Shown: piece after piece, positions 1-8,647 of the stretch
Layout: each line of letters opens with the position of its first letter
Numbering within the stretch: the stretch's first letter is position 1
From: a virus
IMG/VR virus record: IMGVR_UViG_3300005676_000004
DNA length: 64,000 bases
Strand: one strand, 5' to 3'
Program-made: the position numbers and the translations under genes
The notes under the pieces: generated by a model
Told to the model about the DNA's origin: nothing
Database searches by the model: none
The model's input: the letters and a program-made list of their open reading frames with translations, nothing else

Positions 1-1
1 G

Positions 2-721
2 GCAGGAGGGGAACATTACCGGAAATACGCACGTAGAGAAATCACACTATATTACATTATCTCTAAGACAAATCCAGATGATCAAGAGTTTGGAAAGATG
101 GGCGTAGCGGTCTACCCCCCTCATTTAGATTCCAAGGTAGAATGCTTTAATGCGCAAGATAAACCGATGGGGTTTGATAAAATTCTTAAAATTACTGGTT
201 TGGATGAAAATCTATTCAAATCAAATCCAAATGAACTTTCTGTATATGAAAAATTAAACCTTGACGAGTCAAAGATTACCCATAACTCTGACGGTAGTAT
301 TGACTACAATGGAGATGTTGACCTTAGGGAATTAAACTTAACAGAAATTCCATTCAAGTTTAGGATGGTGAGGGGGCATTTTAGTTGCTCACACAATCAA
401 CTTACAACTCTAGAAAACTGCCCAGAGGAAGTTGGTGGAGGTTTTTGGTGTGATAATAATAAACTCGCAACTCTCAAAGGTTCTCCCCGAGAAGTTGGTG
501 GAGATTTTAGTTGCACAAACAATCAACTTACAACTCTCAAAGGTTCTCCCCGAGAAGTTGGTGGACATTTTAGTTGCTCAGCTAATAAACTCACAACACT
601 CAAAGATGCTCCACAAAAAGTTGGTGGATATTTTAGGTGTATGAACACGACACCACCACTTCCTCAATCTGAAATTGATTGGGCTGAACAGAACATTAAA
701 GCTCGATTATTCGTCTGGTAA
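2..721 (+). CDS. 5'-truncated LRR-like repeat protein, paralogue of 3580..4758
   Basis: Frame is open from nt 2 (AGGEHYRKY...GKMGVAVYP aligns with AGGKHYRSY...GKMGVAVYP of the paralogue); 21-aa repeats such as LKGSPREVGGDFSCTNNQLTT. Confidence 0.85.
   Translation, partial: AGGEHYRKYARREITLYYIISKTNPDDQEFGKMGVAVYPPHLDSKVECFNAQDKPMGFDKILKITGLDENLFKSNPNELSVYEKLNLDESKITHNSDGSIDYNGDVDLRELNLTEIPFKFRMVRGHFSCSHNQLTTLENCPEEVGGGFWCDNNKLATLKGSPREVGGDFSCTNNQLTTLKGSPREVGGHFSCSANKLTTLKDAPQKVGGYFRCMNTTPPLPQSEIDWAEQNIKARLFVW
384..640 (+). repeat. Tandem 63-nt (21-aa) LRR-like coding repeats
   Basis: caactctcaaaggttctccccgagaagttggtgga occurs at 468 and again at 531; degenerate copies flank these. Confidence 0.85.
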
Positions 722-724
722 AAA

Positions 725-1507
725 ATGACATTGAAGCTCAAGACCATATTGACTGAATCTAAACAAGTTGGTGTGTTGTATCATTTTACTCCGATTATGA
801 GATTACTTAAGATAATGGATGGTGACGTTTTACTTCCATCTAAGGCGGATGGTCATCAAGGAGAACCATTTATATCGTTCACGCGAGATCGTAATTTTCG
901 CTTTCCTGCAATGTGGAAATCAGAGACGATGGTGAGAATTGTTCTAGATGGCGATAAATTATCAAACATGTATACAATAAAACCGTTTCAGTTCCAAGGT
1001 TCACATAAATACAATCTTCCTGGCGTGGGAATTGTGGCAGAGCCAGTGTCGGACGAGGCTGAGGAAAGGTTGACGTTTCCAAGGAAGAAATATCCAGATA
1101 CTGACAAGTTTATTGAAGCACTTCATGATGTGCGTAAGTATATCATACAGATTGATCTACCGAAGGATATTTTTGTACTTGACAGATTATTCTATACAAA
1201 TTTTTCAGTTGACGTGACGGCAAGTCAACGTAATCATTCCTCTACTAATCTTTCTTTTGATAAAATTTACGCCGACTTGGATACCCTTTACAAGTCGTGT
1301 ATTGATAGGAAAAAATTTTCTAAATTCAAAGAAGAACATCCAGCCGGAGTTTCGTCGGACTTTGGTTTTAGAATCGCTATTAAACCTAGCAACGTTAGAT
1401 ACTTTGCATCTGAAGTAGTTGACTATACTAAATTCCAAACAAAGCTATCTGAAATTGAAAGTATGTTATCAGAATTCTTTAAGGTTCCCGTGAAATGTGT
1501 GTTATAG
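725..1507 (+). CDS. Hypothetical protein with KLK..LxE N-terminus; possible ADP-ribosyltransferase fold
   Basis: MTLKLKTILTE; motifs LYHFT, ISFTRD, DEAEE in H/S/E order. Confidence 0.55.
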   Translation: MTLKLKTILTESKQVGVLYHFTPIMRLLKIMDGDVLLPSKADGHQGEPFISFTRDRNFRFPAMWKSETMVRIVLDGDKLSNMYTIKPFQFQGSHKYNLPGVGIVAEPVSDEAEERLTFPRKKYPDTDKFIEALHDVRKYIIQIDLPKDIFVLDRLFYTNFSVDVTASQRNHSSTNLSFDKIYADLDTLYKSCIDRKKFSKFKEEHPAGVSSDFGFRIAIKPSNVRYFASEVVDYTKFQTKLSEIESMLSEFFKVPVKCVL

Positions 1508-1522
1508 ATTGTGGGGAAGCGT

Positions 1523-2248
1523 GTGATTAAACTAAGAGATATTGTACCCAGCTTAGTCGTTGAAGACTTTGGTAGAATTGCGTTTGGTGATACAACACAA
1601 ATTGTTGTAGATCGGAATCGCATACGGAATCTTATTAAGATGCAACGGGCTACACGTGGAGAACCAAACACTAAAGAAGAAGAGGAGTTGCTTGATATTA
1701 TCTGGCGTTGGTTATACAAGACGGACACTAAGTCCGCCAATTTCCTATATAAGTCTCAAGATGTAATCCGTAGAAACATGGATAAATATCCAGCCATCTT
1801 TAAGCCTAGTACACCCAATGGGACAGTGCTCTATCGCGGTTTACATAAAATACAACCTAAATTAATAGATGAGTTAACTGAACTGATACAGAAAGATGAA
1901 CTCCATCCAGTTGAGATAATTAGGATGCGGTTTGGGAGTAGTTTGTTCTTTCGTATTAAGAAGAAGATAAGTGTCAGTCATCGGTATCCGATACAAAGTT
2001 GGACACGTGATTCTAGGATGGCTAGTGTATTTCTTAACCCTGTGTTTCCAGTGATCTTACGCACTACACAGACGAATGAATTTTTGTTTAATCATGAATT
2101 TTTCAATACGTTATATCATACGCCGGAGGATGAGATACTTCATTTCGGACGATCATATTCTAAGCCAGTTGAGTTACTTGTTGGTGAATCATTTGTTCGT
2201 AAAGTACTGGGACAAGAATACGATCAGCCCGAAGATGACACGTACTAA
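1523..2248 (+). CDS. Putative R-S-E ADP-ribosyltransferase (Alt/Mod-like)
   Basis: GTG start gives MIKLRDIV..VVE; VLYRG, QSWT and EDEIL match the R-S-E ART triad. Confidence 0.65.
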   Translation: MIKLRDIVPSLVVEDFGRIAFGDTTQIVVDRNRIRNLIKMQRATRGEPNTKEEEELLDIIWRWLYKTDTKSANFLYKSQDVIRRNMDKYPAIFKPSTPNGTVLYRGLHKIQPKLIDELTELIQKDELHPVEIIRMRFGSSLFFRIKKKISVSHRYPIQSWTRDSRMASVFLNPVFPVILRTTQTNEFLFNHEFFNTLYHTPEDEILHFGRSYSKPVELLVGESFVRKVLGQEYDQPEDDTY

Positions 2249-2257
2249 TGGTGATAT

Positions 2258-2605
2258 ATGAGAGTTGCAGTTGTTGGTAGTAGAGCATATTCGGATATGC
2301 GTTTCGTTTTTGATGCGCTAGATGTTATCAATTCTGAGCATACGATAACATGTATAGTGAGTGGTGGTGCACGGGGAGTTGATACGTTTGCGGAACGATG
2401 GGCACATAAAAACAAAATTCCTACAAAGATTTATCATGCCAAGTGGGACACGCACGGTAAAGCCGCTGGTATGATACGGAACGCAGATATTGTAGGCGAC
2501 AGTCAACTCGTAGTTGCGTTTTGGGACGGTGTATCTAAAGGTACAAAAAATAGTATCGATATTGCCGAATCACGAGGAATACCCGTCTTGGTGGTTGAAG
2601 TATGA
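2258..2605 (+). CDS. SLOG/YspA-like (DUF2493-type) protein
   Basis: VAVVGSR, IVSGGARGVD, AGMIRN, AFWDGVSKGT. Confidence 0.85.
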   Translation: MRVAVVGSRAYSDMRFVFDALDVINSEHTITCIVSGGARGVDTFAERWAHKNKIPTKIYHAKWDTHGKAAGMIRNADIVGDSQLVVAFWDGVSKGTKNSIDIAESRGIPVLVVEV

Positions 2606-2616
2606 TCCTTCGGAAC

Positions 2617-2624
2617 TATTTATA
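2617..2624 (+). promoter_or_regulatory. TATTTATA motif, candidate late promoter
   Basis: About 40 nt upstream of the TTG start at 2661; the same octamer lies at 4777 and 57690. Confidence 0.5.
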
Positions 2625-2660
2625 AGGGATAACGTATATTATGATTTTCAAGAGAATATA

Positions 2661-3569
2661 TTGATCAAACTTAAGAATATAGTACACGAGGACATTCTTA
2701 AAGAGTACGTACATACAGACATTATGTCGTTATGGCGTTATTTGAATATGTCGCTTGATGAGAAGACTAATGATCTCTTGGAACGTGCTAAACCTCTGAG
2801 AGCTTTGAATAGTCTTTTTGAGTTCGGATTACATACGCTGAGTGATGAGACGAATGAAGATTTTGCAAGTGCCAAAGATGTATCAGACGCATTTGGTTCT
2901 GAAAAATTTACATGGGAGCAAGTCAGACAGAGATTTCCTTACCTTATGACTGATGTGTTTAATTTCTTCAAGGAACAAATTAGACAAAATGATAAATCGT
3001 TTGATGGGAAGCGAGACAGTTTTCGCGACACACGTGGTATATATGATCTCATGATAACTGCTAAGTTACCGACGTGGTTATATATGAAGCCAGTATCTCT
3101 CTTGAAGAATCAATGGTTATTTCATGGTACTAATGCGGAAGTTGTTGATTCTATTTTACAGAGAGGGTTTGTTGGTGTAGATGATTATAAGATGCTTGGG
3201 TTAACTACACATATTTCAGATAAAAACAAAGTACTAGACGGGTTTTCATTTGCATACAGTGCTGACGAAATTATTACTGGCCGAGCTACTGTTTCGGGTG
3301 GAGGTTTTAGATACGGAGATAAAGATAATATCATAATGTTTAGGGCTTCTGCCATAGTGATTTATCACCGCACTGATGATGAGTTCCAAACTATATTTAA
3401 ATCCAATTCAACTACCGATCGAGTTCACTTACAACGAACTACAGAGGATGATACATGGAACGTGATGAGTTCTTCAAAAAAGTCGTTGTACAAATCAAAG
3501 TCATTGAAAAGTGTTGTTTCGTGGGTGATGCGAAACTATGATCAATATAGACGGCAATTTGAGGTATAA
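2661..3569 (+). CDS. Hypothetical protein with MIKLK..E N-terminus and possible ART-like C-terminal domain
   Basis: TTG start gives MIKLKNIVHEDILKE; LFHGTN...ILQRGF...FSFAY. Confidence 0.55.
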   Translation: MIKLKNIVHEDILKEYVHTDIMSLWRYLNMSLDEKTNDLLERAKPLRALNSLFEFGLHTLSDETNEDFASAKDVSDAFGSEKFTWEQVRQRFPYLMTDVFNFFKEQIRQNDKSFDGKRDSFRDTRGIYDLMITAKLPTWLYMKPVSLLKNQWLFHGTNAEVVDSILQRGFVGVDDYKMLGLTTHISDKNKVLDGFSFAYSADEIITGRATVSGGGFRYGDKDNIIMFRASAIVIYHRTDDEFQTIFKSNSTTDRVHLQRTTEDDTWNVMSSSKKSLYKSKSLKSVVSWVMRNYDQYRRQFEV

Positions 3570-3579
3570 CCAAATGTTT

Positions 3580-4758
3580 ATGATCAAACTCAAGACCATA
3601 GTTAACGAGGTTCTCTTGGAGTCACTTTCTTCTGCCAAGAAGAAGTACCTAGACACCAAGCTCATAGATCAAGCTACCTTTGACAAGCTCAAAGCATTTG
3701 ATCCTACGCCAACGTTCAAGTACCTTGAGAAGATCGTAGAGTTCTACCTAGAAAGTAACCCAACGAACTTAGAGCAAGTCTTCGCAGACTATCATCACCT
3801 CCATACCAAGAACCAAGTCAAGACGAGAGATATTAACAAGTTCAAGTCCTTCTCCGATCTTAGTAAGGAAGTTGAAGACGTCATCAAGACCTATTCACAG
3901 AAGACAGCTACCAAGGTCAAGTCTAAAGATGCCGAGGTAGTCTTTGAGAACGATAAGTGGCTAGTTATTATCCCTAGAACCTTTGAAGCATCGTGTAAAT
4001 ACGGTTCTGGTACGAAGTGGTGTACTACTATGGCTGGTGGGAAACACTATCGCTCATATACGCAAAAAGGTATTACACTTTATTACGTCATCTCTAAGAA
4101 GAATCCCGATGATGAACAGTACGGTAAGATGGGCGTGGCTGTGTATCCTAACGGGAAAACTATTGAATGTTTCAATGCACGGGATAAACCAATAGGATTT
4201 GATGAAGTTCTTGAACGTACTGGACTAGACAAGAATTTGTTCAAGTCAAAACCTAACGAGCTTACTATCTATGACAAGTTAGGACTAGATGAGTCAAAGA
4301 TCACACACAATCCCGACGGTAGCATTGACTACGACGGTGACGTGTTCTTGGACAATAACGCATTCGTAAGAGCTACTGGTAAGATACCAATCAAATTTAG
4401 AAAGGTAACGGGTAGCTTCTTTTGTTCTTCTATCAAACTCACCACTCTTAAAAATTGTCCACAAGAAGTCGGTAGAAGTTTTGATTGTTCTCACAATGAG
4501 TTAACAACTCTAGAATATGCTCCTAAGAAAGTCGGTGGATATTTTAATTGTTCTAACAATAAGTTAACAACTCTAGAATATGCTCCTGTTGAAGTCAGTG
4601 GGATGTTTGATTGTTCATACAATAAATTGAAAACTCTAGAACATTCACCTAAGAAAGTCGGTGGAAGGTTTGTCTGTATGAACACTCCGTCCCTTCCGGA
4701 GTCTGAGAAGAAGTGGGCAGAAGAAAACATTGAAGCTAAGAAATTTGTTTGGGGATGA
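3580..4758 (+). CDS. MIKLK..E protein with central YGSGTKWC domain and C-terminal 21-aa LRR-like repeats
   Basis: MIKLKTIVNEVLLE; repeats such as LEYAPKKVGGYFNCSNNKLTT. Confidence 0.8.
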   Translation: MIKLKTIVNEVLLESLSSAKKKYLDTKLIDQATFDKLKAFDPTPTFKYLEKIVEFYLESNPTNLEQVFADYHHLHTKNQVKTRDINKFKSFSDLSKEVEDVIKTYSQKTATKVKSKDAEVVFENDKWLVIIPRTFEASCKYGSGTKWCTTMAGGKHYRSYTQKGITLYYVISKKNPDDEQYGKMGVAVYPNGKTIECFNARDKPIGFDEVLERTGLDKNLFKSKPNELTIYDKLGLDESKITHNPDGSIDYDGDVFLDNNAFVRATGKIPIKFRKVTGSFFCSSIKLTTLKNCPQEVGRSFDCSHNELTTLEYAPKKVGGYFNCSNNKLTTLEYAPVEVSGMFDCSYNKLKTLEHSPKKVGGRFVCMNTPSLPESEKKWAEENIEAKKFVWG

Positions 4759-4776
4759 ACAAGACCCCTAGGACCA

Positions 4777-4784
4777 TATTTATA
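4777..4784 (+). promoter_or_regulatory. TATTTATA motif, candidate late promoter
   Basis: Upstream of the 4820 start. Confidence 0.5.
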
Positions 4785-4819
4785 ATACAGCGATAATATA
4801 GAGATACATGAGAAAATAG

Positions 4820-5332
4820 TTGAATATTAAACTTAGAGATATATTACAAGAGTTCATGGCTACCGATTTATTTAGAGGTGCCGACTTAGCTCGGAAAAAA
4901 CGAGCTAGGACTGTAAACATTAACTTGATTGATCAAGAGTGGGAAGATGAAGCTCCGGTATTCAAGTTTCGTGTACGTCATCCTAACGAACATGGTGGTA
5001 GTGGGCGGTTTCATGAAGTCAATATGCGTCTTGATTCATTTCCTGAAGTTGTTGACGACGACATTCCAGAAATTGATAAGATCAAGCAATCTCTAGTTGC
5101 TGGTGATGTGCACACTAATTGTTCATGTGAAGATTTCTTGTATAAAGGGTTTGCATACATAGGTACACAACTTGACTACTCTTTAACTGACGAAGATCGT
5201 CCGCCTGTTATTCGTAACCCTAAGCAAGAGGGTACCCTGTGTAAACATGCACTTTCGGTAATAAAGAAGTTGAATTTATTTTACCGAAAGATGGCAAAGC
5301 AACTAGAGCAAAATCCAGTCAATCCAGACTAA
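4820..5332 (+). CDS. SWIM zinc-finger protein with MNIKLRDILQE N-terminus
   Basis: CSCEDF...CKH SWIM signature. Confidence 0.7.
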   Translation: MNIKLRDILQEFMATDLFRGADLARKKRARTVNINLIDQEWEDEAPVFKFRVRHPNEHGGSGRFHEVNMRLDSFPEVVDDDIPEIDKIKQSLVAGDVHTNCSCEDFLYKGFAYIGTQLDYSLTDEDRPPVIRNPKQEGTLCKHALSVIKKLNLFYRKMAKQLEQNPVNPD

Positions 5333-5345
5333 TACACATTTGTAG

Positions 5346-5376
5346 TTGTATTATTCAAATTTTTTTCGTATGTTAT
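5346..5376 (+). promoter_or_regulatory. Bacteroidota-type sigma promoter
   Basis: TTG-N20-TATGTT upstream of the primase. Confidence 0.55.
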
Positions 5377-5392
5377 ACGCGAGATCATTCTC

Positions 5393-6379
5393 ATGACTAT
5401 TGATACGGATCAACTATACGCACACGTGATTAACTACGAACTACTTCATCTTCTTGAGAAAGTTCTTGGTGTCGGAAGAAAGACATCAGGAACTAACTAT
5501 TCATTTTTTTCCCCGTTTATTGTTCACCACAAACCAAAGTTGGAGATTGATTTATCTACCAACTCTACGGGAATGAACTTGTGGCACTGTTGGGTTTCAG
5601 ACACAAAGGGGCGAACTATACGAACTCTCTTTAAGCGTATGGGTCTTCGTAGAGAACACTATGACGAACTTAATAAGGTCTTGAAGGTAAACGTACTCCA
5701 CTCTGAAGAGAAGATCATCGATGAAACGCCGACGTTACATCTACCGAGTGACTACGTCAAGTTATCAAAATACTCTTCCGTGACAGATAAGTACGTGAAA
5801 GTTCAACTACAGAAAGCGATACGGTATCTCCAAGGTAGAGGTTTATCTGCGGTTGATATGATACGACATGGTATAGGATACTGCGTCAACGGTGAATATT
5901 CGGGAAGAGTTATCATACCATCGTTTGATCGTAACCATATGTTAAACTTTTTTATTGCGCGAAGTATTTTTGAAACAGAAACGTTAAAGTACAAGAATCC
6001 TAAGGTATCAAAGGATATTGTTGGGTTTGAATCTACGATAAATTGGAATCGTCCCGTGACGATCGTTGAGGGTGCATTTGATGCAATTGCAGTTCGATAC
6101 AATGCTGTGCCTCTCTTCGGTAAGAGAATGTCTCAGACACTGAAGACGACGATCTTGCAGAGGAAGCCCCCGCATGTTATCGTGGCGTTAGATTCGGATG
6201 CGAAGAAGGACGCAATTGAAATGTGTGACTTCTTGATTGCAAACGGGATTTCAACGAAACTAGTATTTACTCCCGGCAAGGATGTGAGTGAGATAGGTCA
6301 CTCCGCGTTTATTTCACTAACACGTGACCTCTCGGATGTAGATACAATTCAACTTATGAAATACAGACTGACGGCATAA
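5393..6379 (+). CDS. DNA primase (Zn-binding plus TOPRIM)
   Basis: WHCW Zn-binding region; IVEGAFDA and ALDSDA TOPRIM motifs; RVIIPSFD. Confidence 0.88.
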   Translation: MTIDTDQLYAHVINYELLHLLEKVLGVGRKTSGTNYSFFSPFIVHHKPKLEIDLSTNSTGMNLWHCWVSDTKGRTIRTLFKRMGLRREHYDELNKVLKVNVLHSEEKIIDETPTLHLPSDYVKLSKYSSVTDKYVKVQLQKAIRYLQGRGLSAVDMIRHGIGYCVNGEYSGRVIIPSFDRNHMLNFFIARSIFETETLKYKNPKVSKDIVGFESTINWNRPVTIVEGAFDAIAVRYNAVPLFGKRMSQTLKTTILQRKPPHVIVALDSDAKKDAIEMCDFLIANGISTKLVFTPGKDVSEIGHSAFISLTRDLSDVDTIQLMKYRLTA

Positions 6380-6460
6380 CCAAAAAAAATTACTGAATTT
6401 GAGTTTTTAGAATTTTTGGTTTATACTTATAGTAAAGAATCTTAATTGATAGGCGACATT

Positions 6461-6616
6461 ATGACTACTCACGTAAACATAGAACTCAAATCCGTTACTT
6501 GCGAGAAGCAAGTCAGCGGCGCATTTCTATCGTTTGGTGATGCGGCGATTACGAGAAACTGGTATGTATATACAGCACCTCGCAACCCGCATACTGATAC
6601 CGTGAGTACTACGTGA
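6461..6616 (+). CDS. 51-aa leader peptide of a putative attenuator (absent from the ORF track)
   Basis: MTTHVNIELKSVTCEKQVSGAFLSFGDAAITRNWYVYTAPRNPHTDTVSTT; stop lies 32 nt before a terminator whose 5' arm can pair with its last codons. Confidence 0.6.
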   Translation: MTTHVNIELKSVTCEKQVSGAFLSFGDAAITRNWYVYTAPRNPHTDTVSTT

Positions 6617-6648
6617 TGTAGATAAGACACTACCCTAAACGATTACGC

Positions 6649-6678
6649 AGACTCACGGCTACCGATGAGTCTTTTTTT
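6649..6678 (+). terminator. Intrinsic terminator (attenuator)
   Basis: AGACTCA-CGG-cta-CCG-a-TGAGTCT followed by a T run. Confidence 0.8.
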
Positions 6679-6682
6679 GTTT

Positions 6683-6790
6683 TAGGTGATTTCACGTAAT
6701 GGAAGTCAAGTGAATTAGCAGTAAGTTGTAGTCGTTCTGCACTTGCAGGATGACGACGACACAGAGAGACGGGTGCAACGCACTCACCTA
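6683..6790 (+). ncRNA. Uncharacterised structured RNA
   Basis: TAGGTGA/TCACCTA closing stem, TTCAC/GTGAA hairpin, 15-bp hairpin with one mismatch (gttgt-a-gtcgttctgc/gcaggatgac-g-acgac), GTGC-AAC-GCAC hairpin. Confidence 0.5.
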
Positions 6791-6801
6791 CGAAAAACGG
6801 A

Positions 6802-6833
6802 TTTGCTTTTGTCGGAAATAATTTGTAGGTTTG
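6802..6833 (+). promoter_or_regulatory. Bacteroidota consensus promoter of the tRNA array
   Basis: TTTG-N20-TAGGTTTG, full match to -33 TTTG / -7 TAnnTTTG. Confidence 0.8.
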
Positions 6834-6842
6834 TAGTCTCAA

Positions 6843-6856
6843 TGTTCTTTGAAAAT
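6843..6856 (+). promoter_or_regulatory. boxA-like antitermination element
   Basis: TGTTCTTTGAAAAT directly after the promoter, resembling rRNA-operon boxA. Confidence 0.6.
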
Positions 6857-6866
6857 CTAGTCCAAT

Positions 6867-6967
6867 ACCCCAGCCAGCGCAGACGGTTCTGCGTCACTAC
6901 GGTGGCTGTGTCAATGCAATATGATGTTGTATTGTTACAGATGTAAGTTCAAGTCTTACCTGGGGAG
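6867..6967 (+). ncRNA. tRNA-like RNA without an anticodon arm
   Basis: CCCCAG/CTGGGG acceptor and canonical T-arm GTAAG-TTCAAGT-CTTAC; the interior holds three non-canonical hairpins. Confidence 0.65.
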
Positions 6968-6995
6968 CAACGTTGTTGACATGGATAACAACGAT

Positions 6996-7067
6996 GGTAT
7001 CATAGTATAATGGTCAGTACATTAGATTGTCAATCTAGCAGTCGGAGTTCAATTCTCCGTGATACCG
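6996..7067 (+). tRNA. trnD: tRNA-Asp(GTC)
   Basis: Cloverleaf, loop TT-GTC-AA. Confidence 0.9.
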
Positions 7068-7069
7068 CT

Positions 7070-7141
7070 TGCGGGGTGGAGAAAGGGTAATCTCGCGGGT
7101 CTCATAAGCCCGAGTTGGCGGTTCGAGTCCGTCCCCCGCAA
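7070..7141 (+). tRNA. trnM: tRNA-Met(CAT), initiator-like
   Basis: GCGGGGTGGAG...CTCATAA...CCCCGCAA resembles tRNA-fMet. Confidence 0.85.
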
Positions 7142-7152
7142 CTGTCACCGAC

Positions 7153-7232
7153 GCTAGGGTAGCCCGATGTGGAAAGGGGGTGGTCTGTAAAACCACTTAA
7201 CCATCAACTGGGTTCGAGTCCCAGCCCTAGCA
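7153..7232 (+). tRNA. trnY: tRNA-Tyr(GTA)
   Basis: Loop CT-GTA-AA; 11-nt variable region. Confidence 0.88.
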
Positions 7233-7238
7233 CGATAT

Positions 7239-7313
7239 GCCACCTTAGCTCAGTTGGGAGAGCAATCGCCTTGTAAGCGATAGGTCGCCAGTTCAAACCT
7301 GGCAGGTGGCCCA
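7239..7313 (+). tRNA. trnT: tRNA-Thr(TGT)
   Basis: Loop CT-TGT-AA. Confidence 0.92.
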
Positions 7314-7342
7314 CTTTAAGTAATAGTTTACATGGAGTTACA

Positions 7343-8467
7343 GTGAGGGAAAGAACACGAAAGGCGTTTGAAGGAATAGAGAACGCATTATACAGTCTAC
7401 GTAGCGACTTTGATAAGTTTGGCGCGATTGCATCATTCTTAGAACGATGCAATGATTACAATCTACGCGGTGATCTTGACATCGATAAGCCACTCTTCCC
7501 AATTGAACGACTGTCAATCGGAGCATTCTATAAATCTCAGACTCGTCAATATGAGTTTGACGTTGTTAACGAGCACAAAAAATATGCTTCAACGATAATT
7601 GTTCTTGATACCATTAAGGAAATTGATCAATATCCGCAGTATCAAGATGAACAGAAGAAATACTTCACTTCACTCGCTGATCAGTCTAAACCTCTAGATT
7701 ACTCTGGGTTTGATAACGCAATTGATCTAGTGAATAAGATCGGTGAGCACAATGCGCCGATGATGCGATATAATGAGGAGGCAGTGAATCTACTCATTGC
7801 ATTCTTATCTGGATTCGGTCTACCAACAACAGTATATGTTGTGGATCATCACAGTAGACAGAAAATTAAGCCCATGCTTGCGCAGACGGCGGAGTGGGTT
7901 AACGAGCTGAAAAAGTTCAAGACTAATAGCAGCGAGTGGAACGTGGAGTATAGCACCAAGCAGATTCAAGAACTACGTAAGGCCTTCACCGCGAAGTACG
8001 ACGTAATCTTAAAAGAACGTGCTGAAGCTAAAAAGATTGAAGAGCAGAAAGAACGTAAAGAGTCACTAGAACGAGAGAAAATTTTTATACTCGCACAGTG
8101 CCAACTTATGTATGGTCTTGAACCATCTGAAGTTCAAGACATTGATGAATGTGTTGAGTTCTTGCTTAGTAAGAATAACTTACTTCGTCTAGCGTATGCA
8201 ATGGAGCAGACTCGAAACGACTGGAGTGAAGGGTACTACCGTGTAGAGAATGCACTTAGTTCATTTCAATCCCCATTATCAGAACGGGACAGAAAGATTT
8301 TTCTAGAGATTCAATCACTGCTTAACACGGATGATTTACCCGATGGTCGAGTGTTTCGAGACTGTGAACACAACTATAGTGAGCTGTATGCTATAGTTGA
8401 GGAAGAGCATCCCGACATCATGGCTTTGTTTAACAGATGTCAACGTGTTATGTGTCAAACGATTTGA
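7343..8467 (+). CDS. Hypothetical protein inside the tRNA array
   Basis: 374-aa ORF; central coiled-coil; no recognised family. Confidence 0.7.
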   Translation: MRERTRKAFEGIENALYSLRSDFDKFGAIASFLERCNDYNLRGDLDIDKPLFPIERLSIGAFYKSQTRQYEFDVVNEHKKYASTIIVLDTIKEIDQYPQYQDEQKKYFTSLADQSKPLDYSGFDNAIDLVNKIGEHNAPMMRYNEEAVNLLIAFLSGFGLPTTVYVVDHHSRQKIKPMLAQTAEWVNELKKFKTNSSEWNVEYSTKQIQELRKAFTAKYDVILKERAEAKKIEEQKERKESLEREKIFILAQCQLMYGLEPSEVQDIDECVEFLLSKNNLLRLAYAMEQTRNDWSEGYYRVENALSSFQSPLSERDRKIFLEIQSLLNTDDLPDGRVFRDCEHNYSELYAIVEEEHPDIMALFNRCQRVMCQTI

Positions 8468-8481
8468 AGAATGTTGATAAT

Positions 8482-8554
8482 GCAGCCGTAGCCAAATGGT
8501 TAAGGCACCACACTTTCAATGTGGAAATTGCTGGTTCAAATCCAGTCGGCTGTA
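8482..8554 (+). tRNA. trnE: tRNA-Glu(TTC)
   Basis: Loop CT-TTC-AA. Confidence 0.9.
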
Positions 8555-8569
8555 CAAGTATCATGCTAT

Positions 8570-8640
8570 GCGGTTATAGCTTAACGGGAAAGCTGCTGGC
8601 TTTTAACCAGTAGATCGAGGTTCAATTCCTCGTAGCCGCA
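8570..8640 (+). tRNA. trnK: tRNA-Lys(TTT)
   Basis: Loop CT-TTT-AA. Confidence 0.9.
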
Positions 8641-8647
8641 CTCTAAT

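Noticed and set aside
6867-6967. YrlA-type Y RNA
   Set aside because: The T-arm is at the 3' end next to an open acceptor stem, and there is no Ro-binding GUGAA/UUGUUC stem, unlike the permuted YrlA layout.
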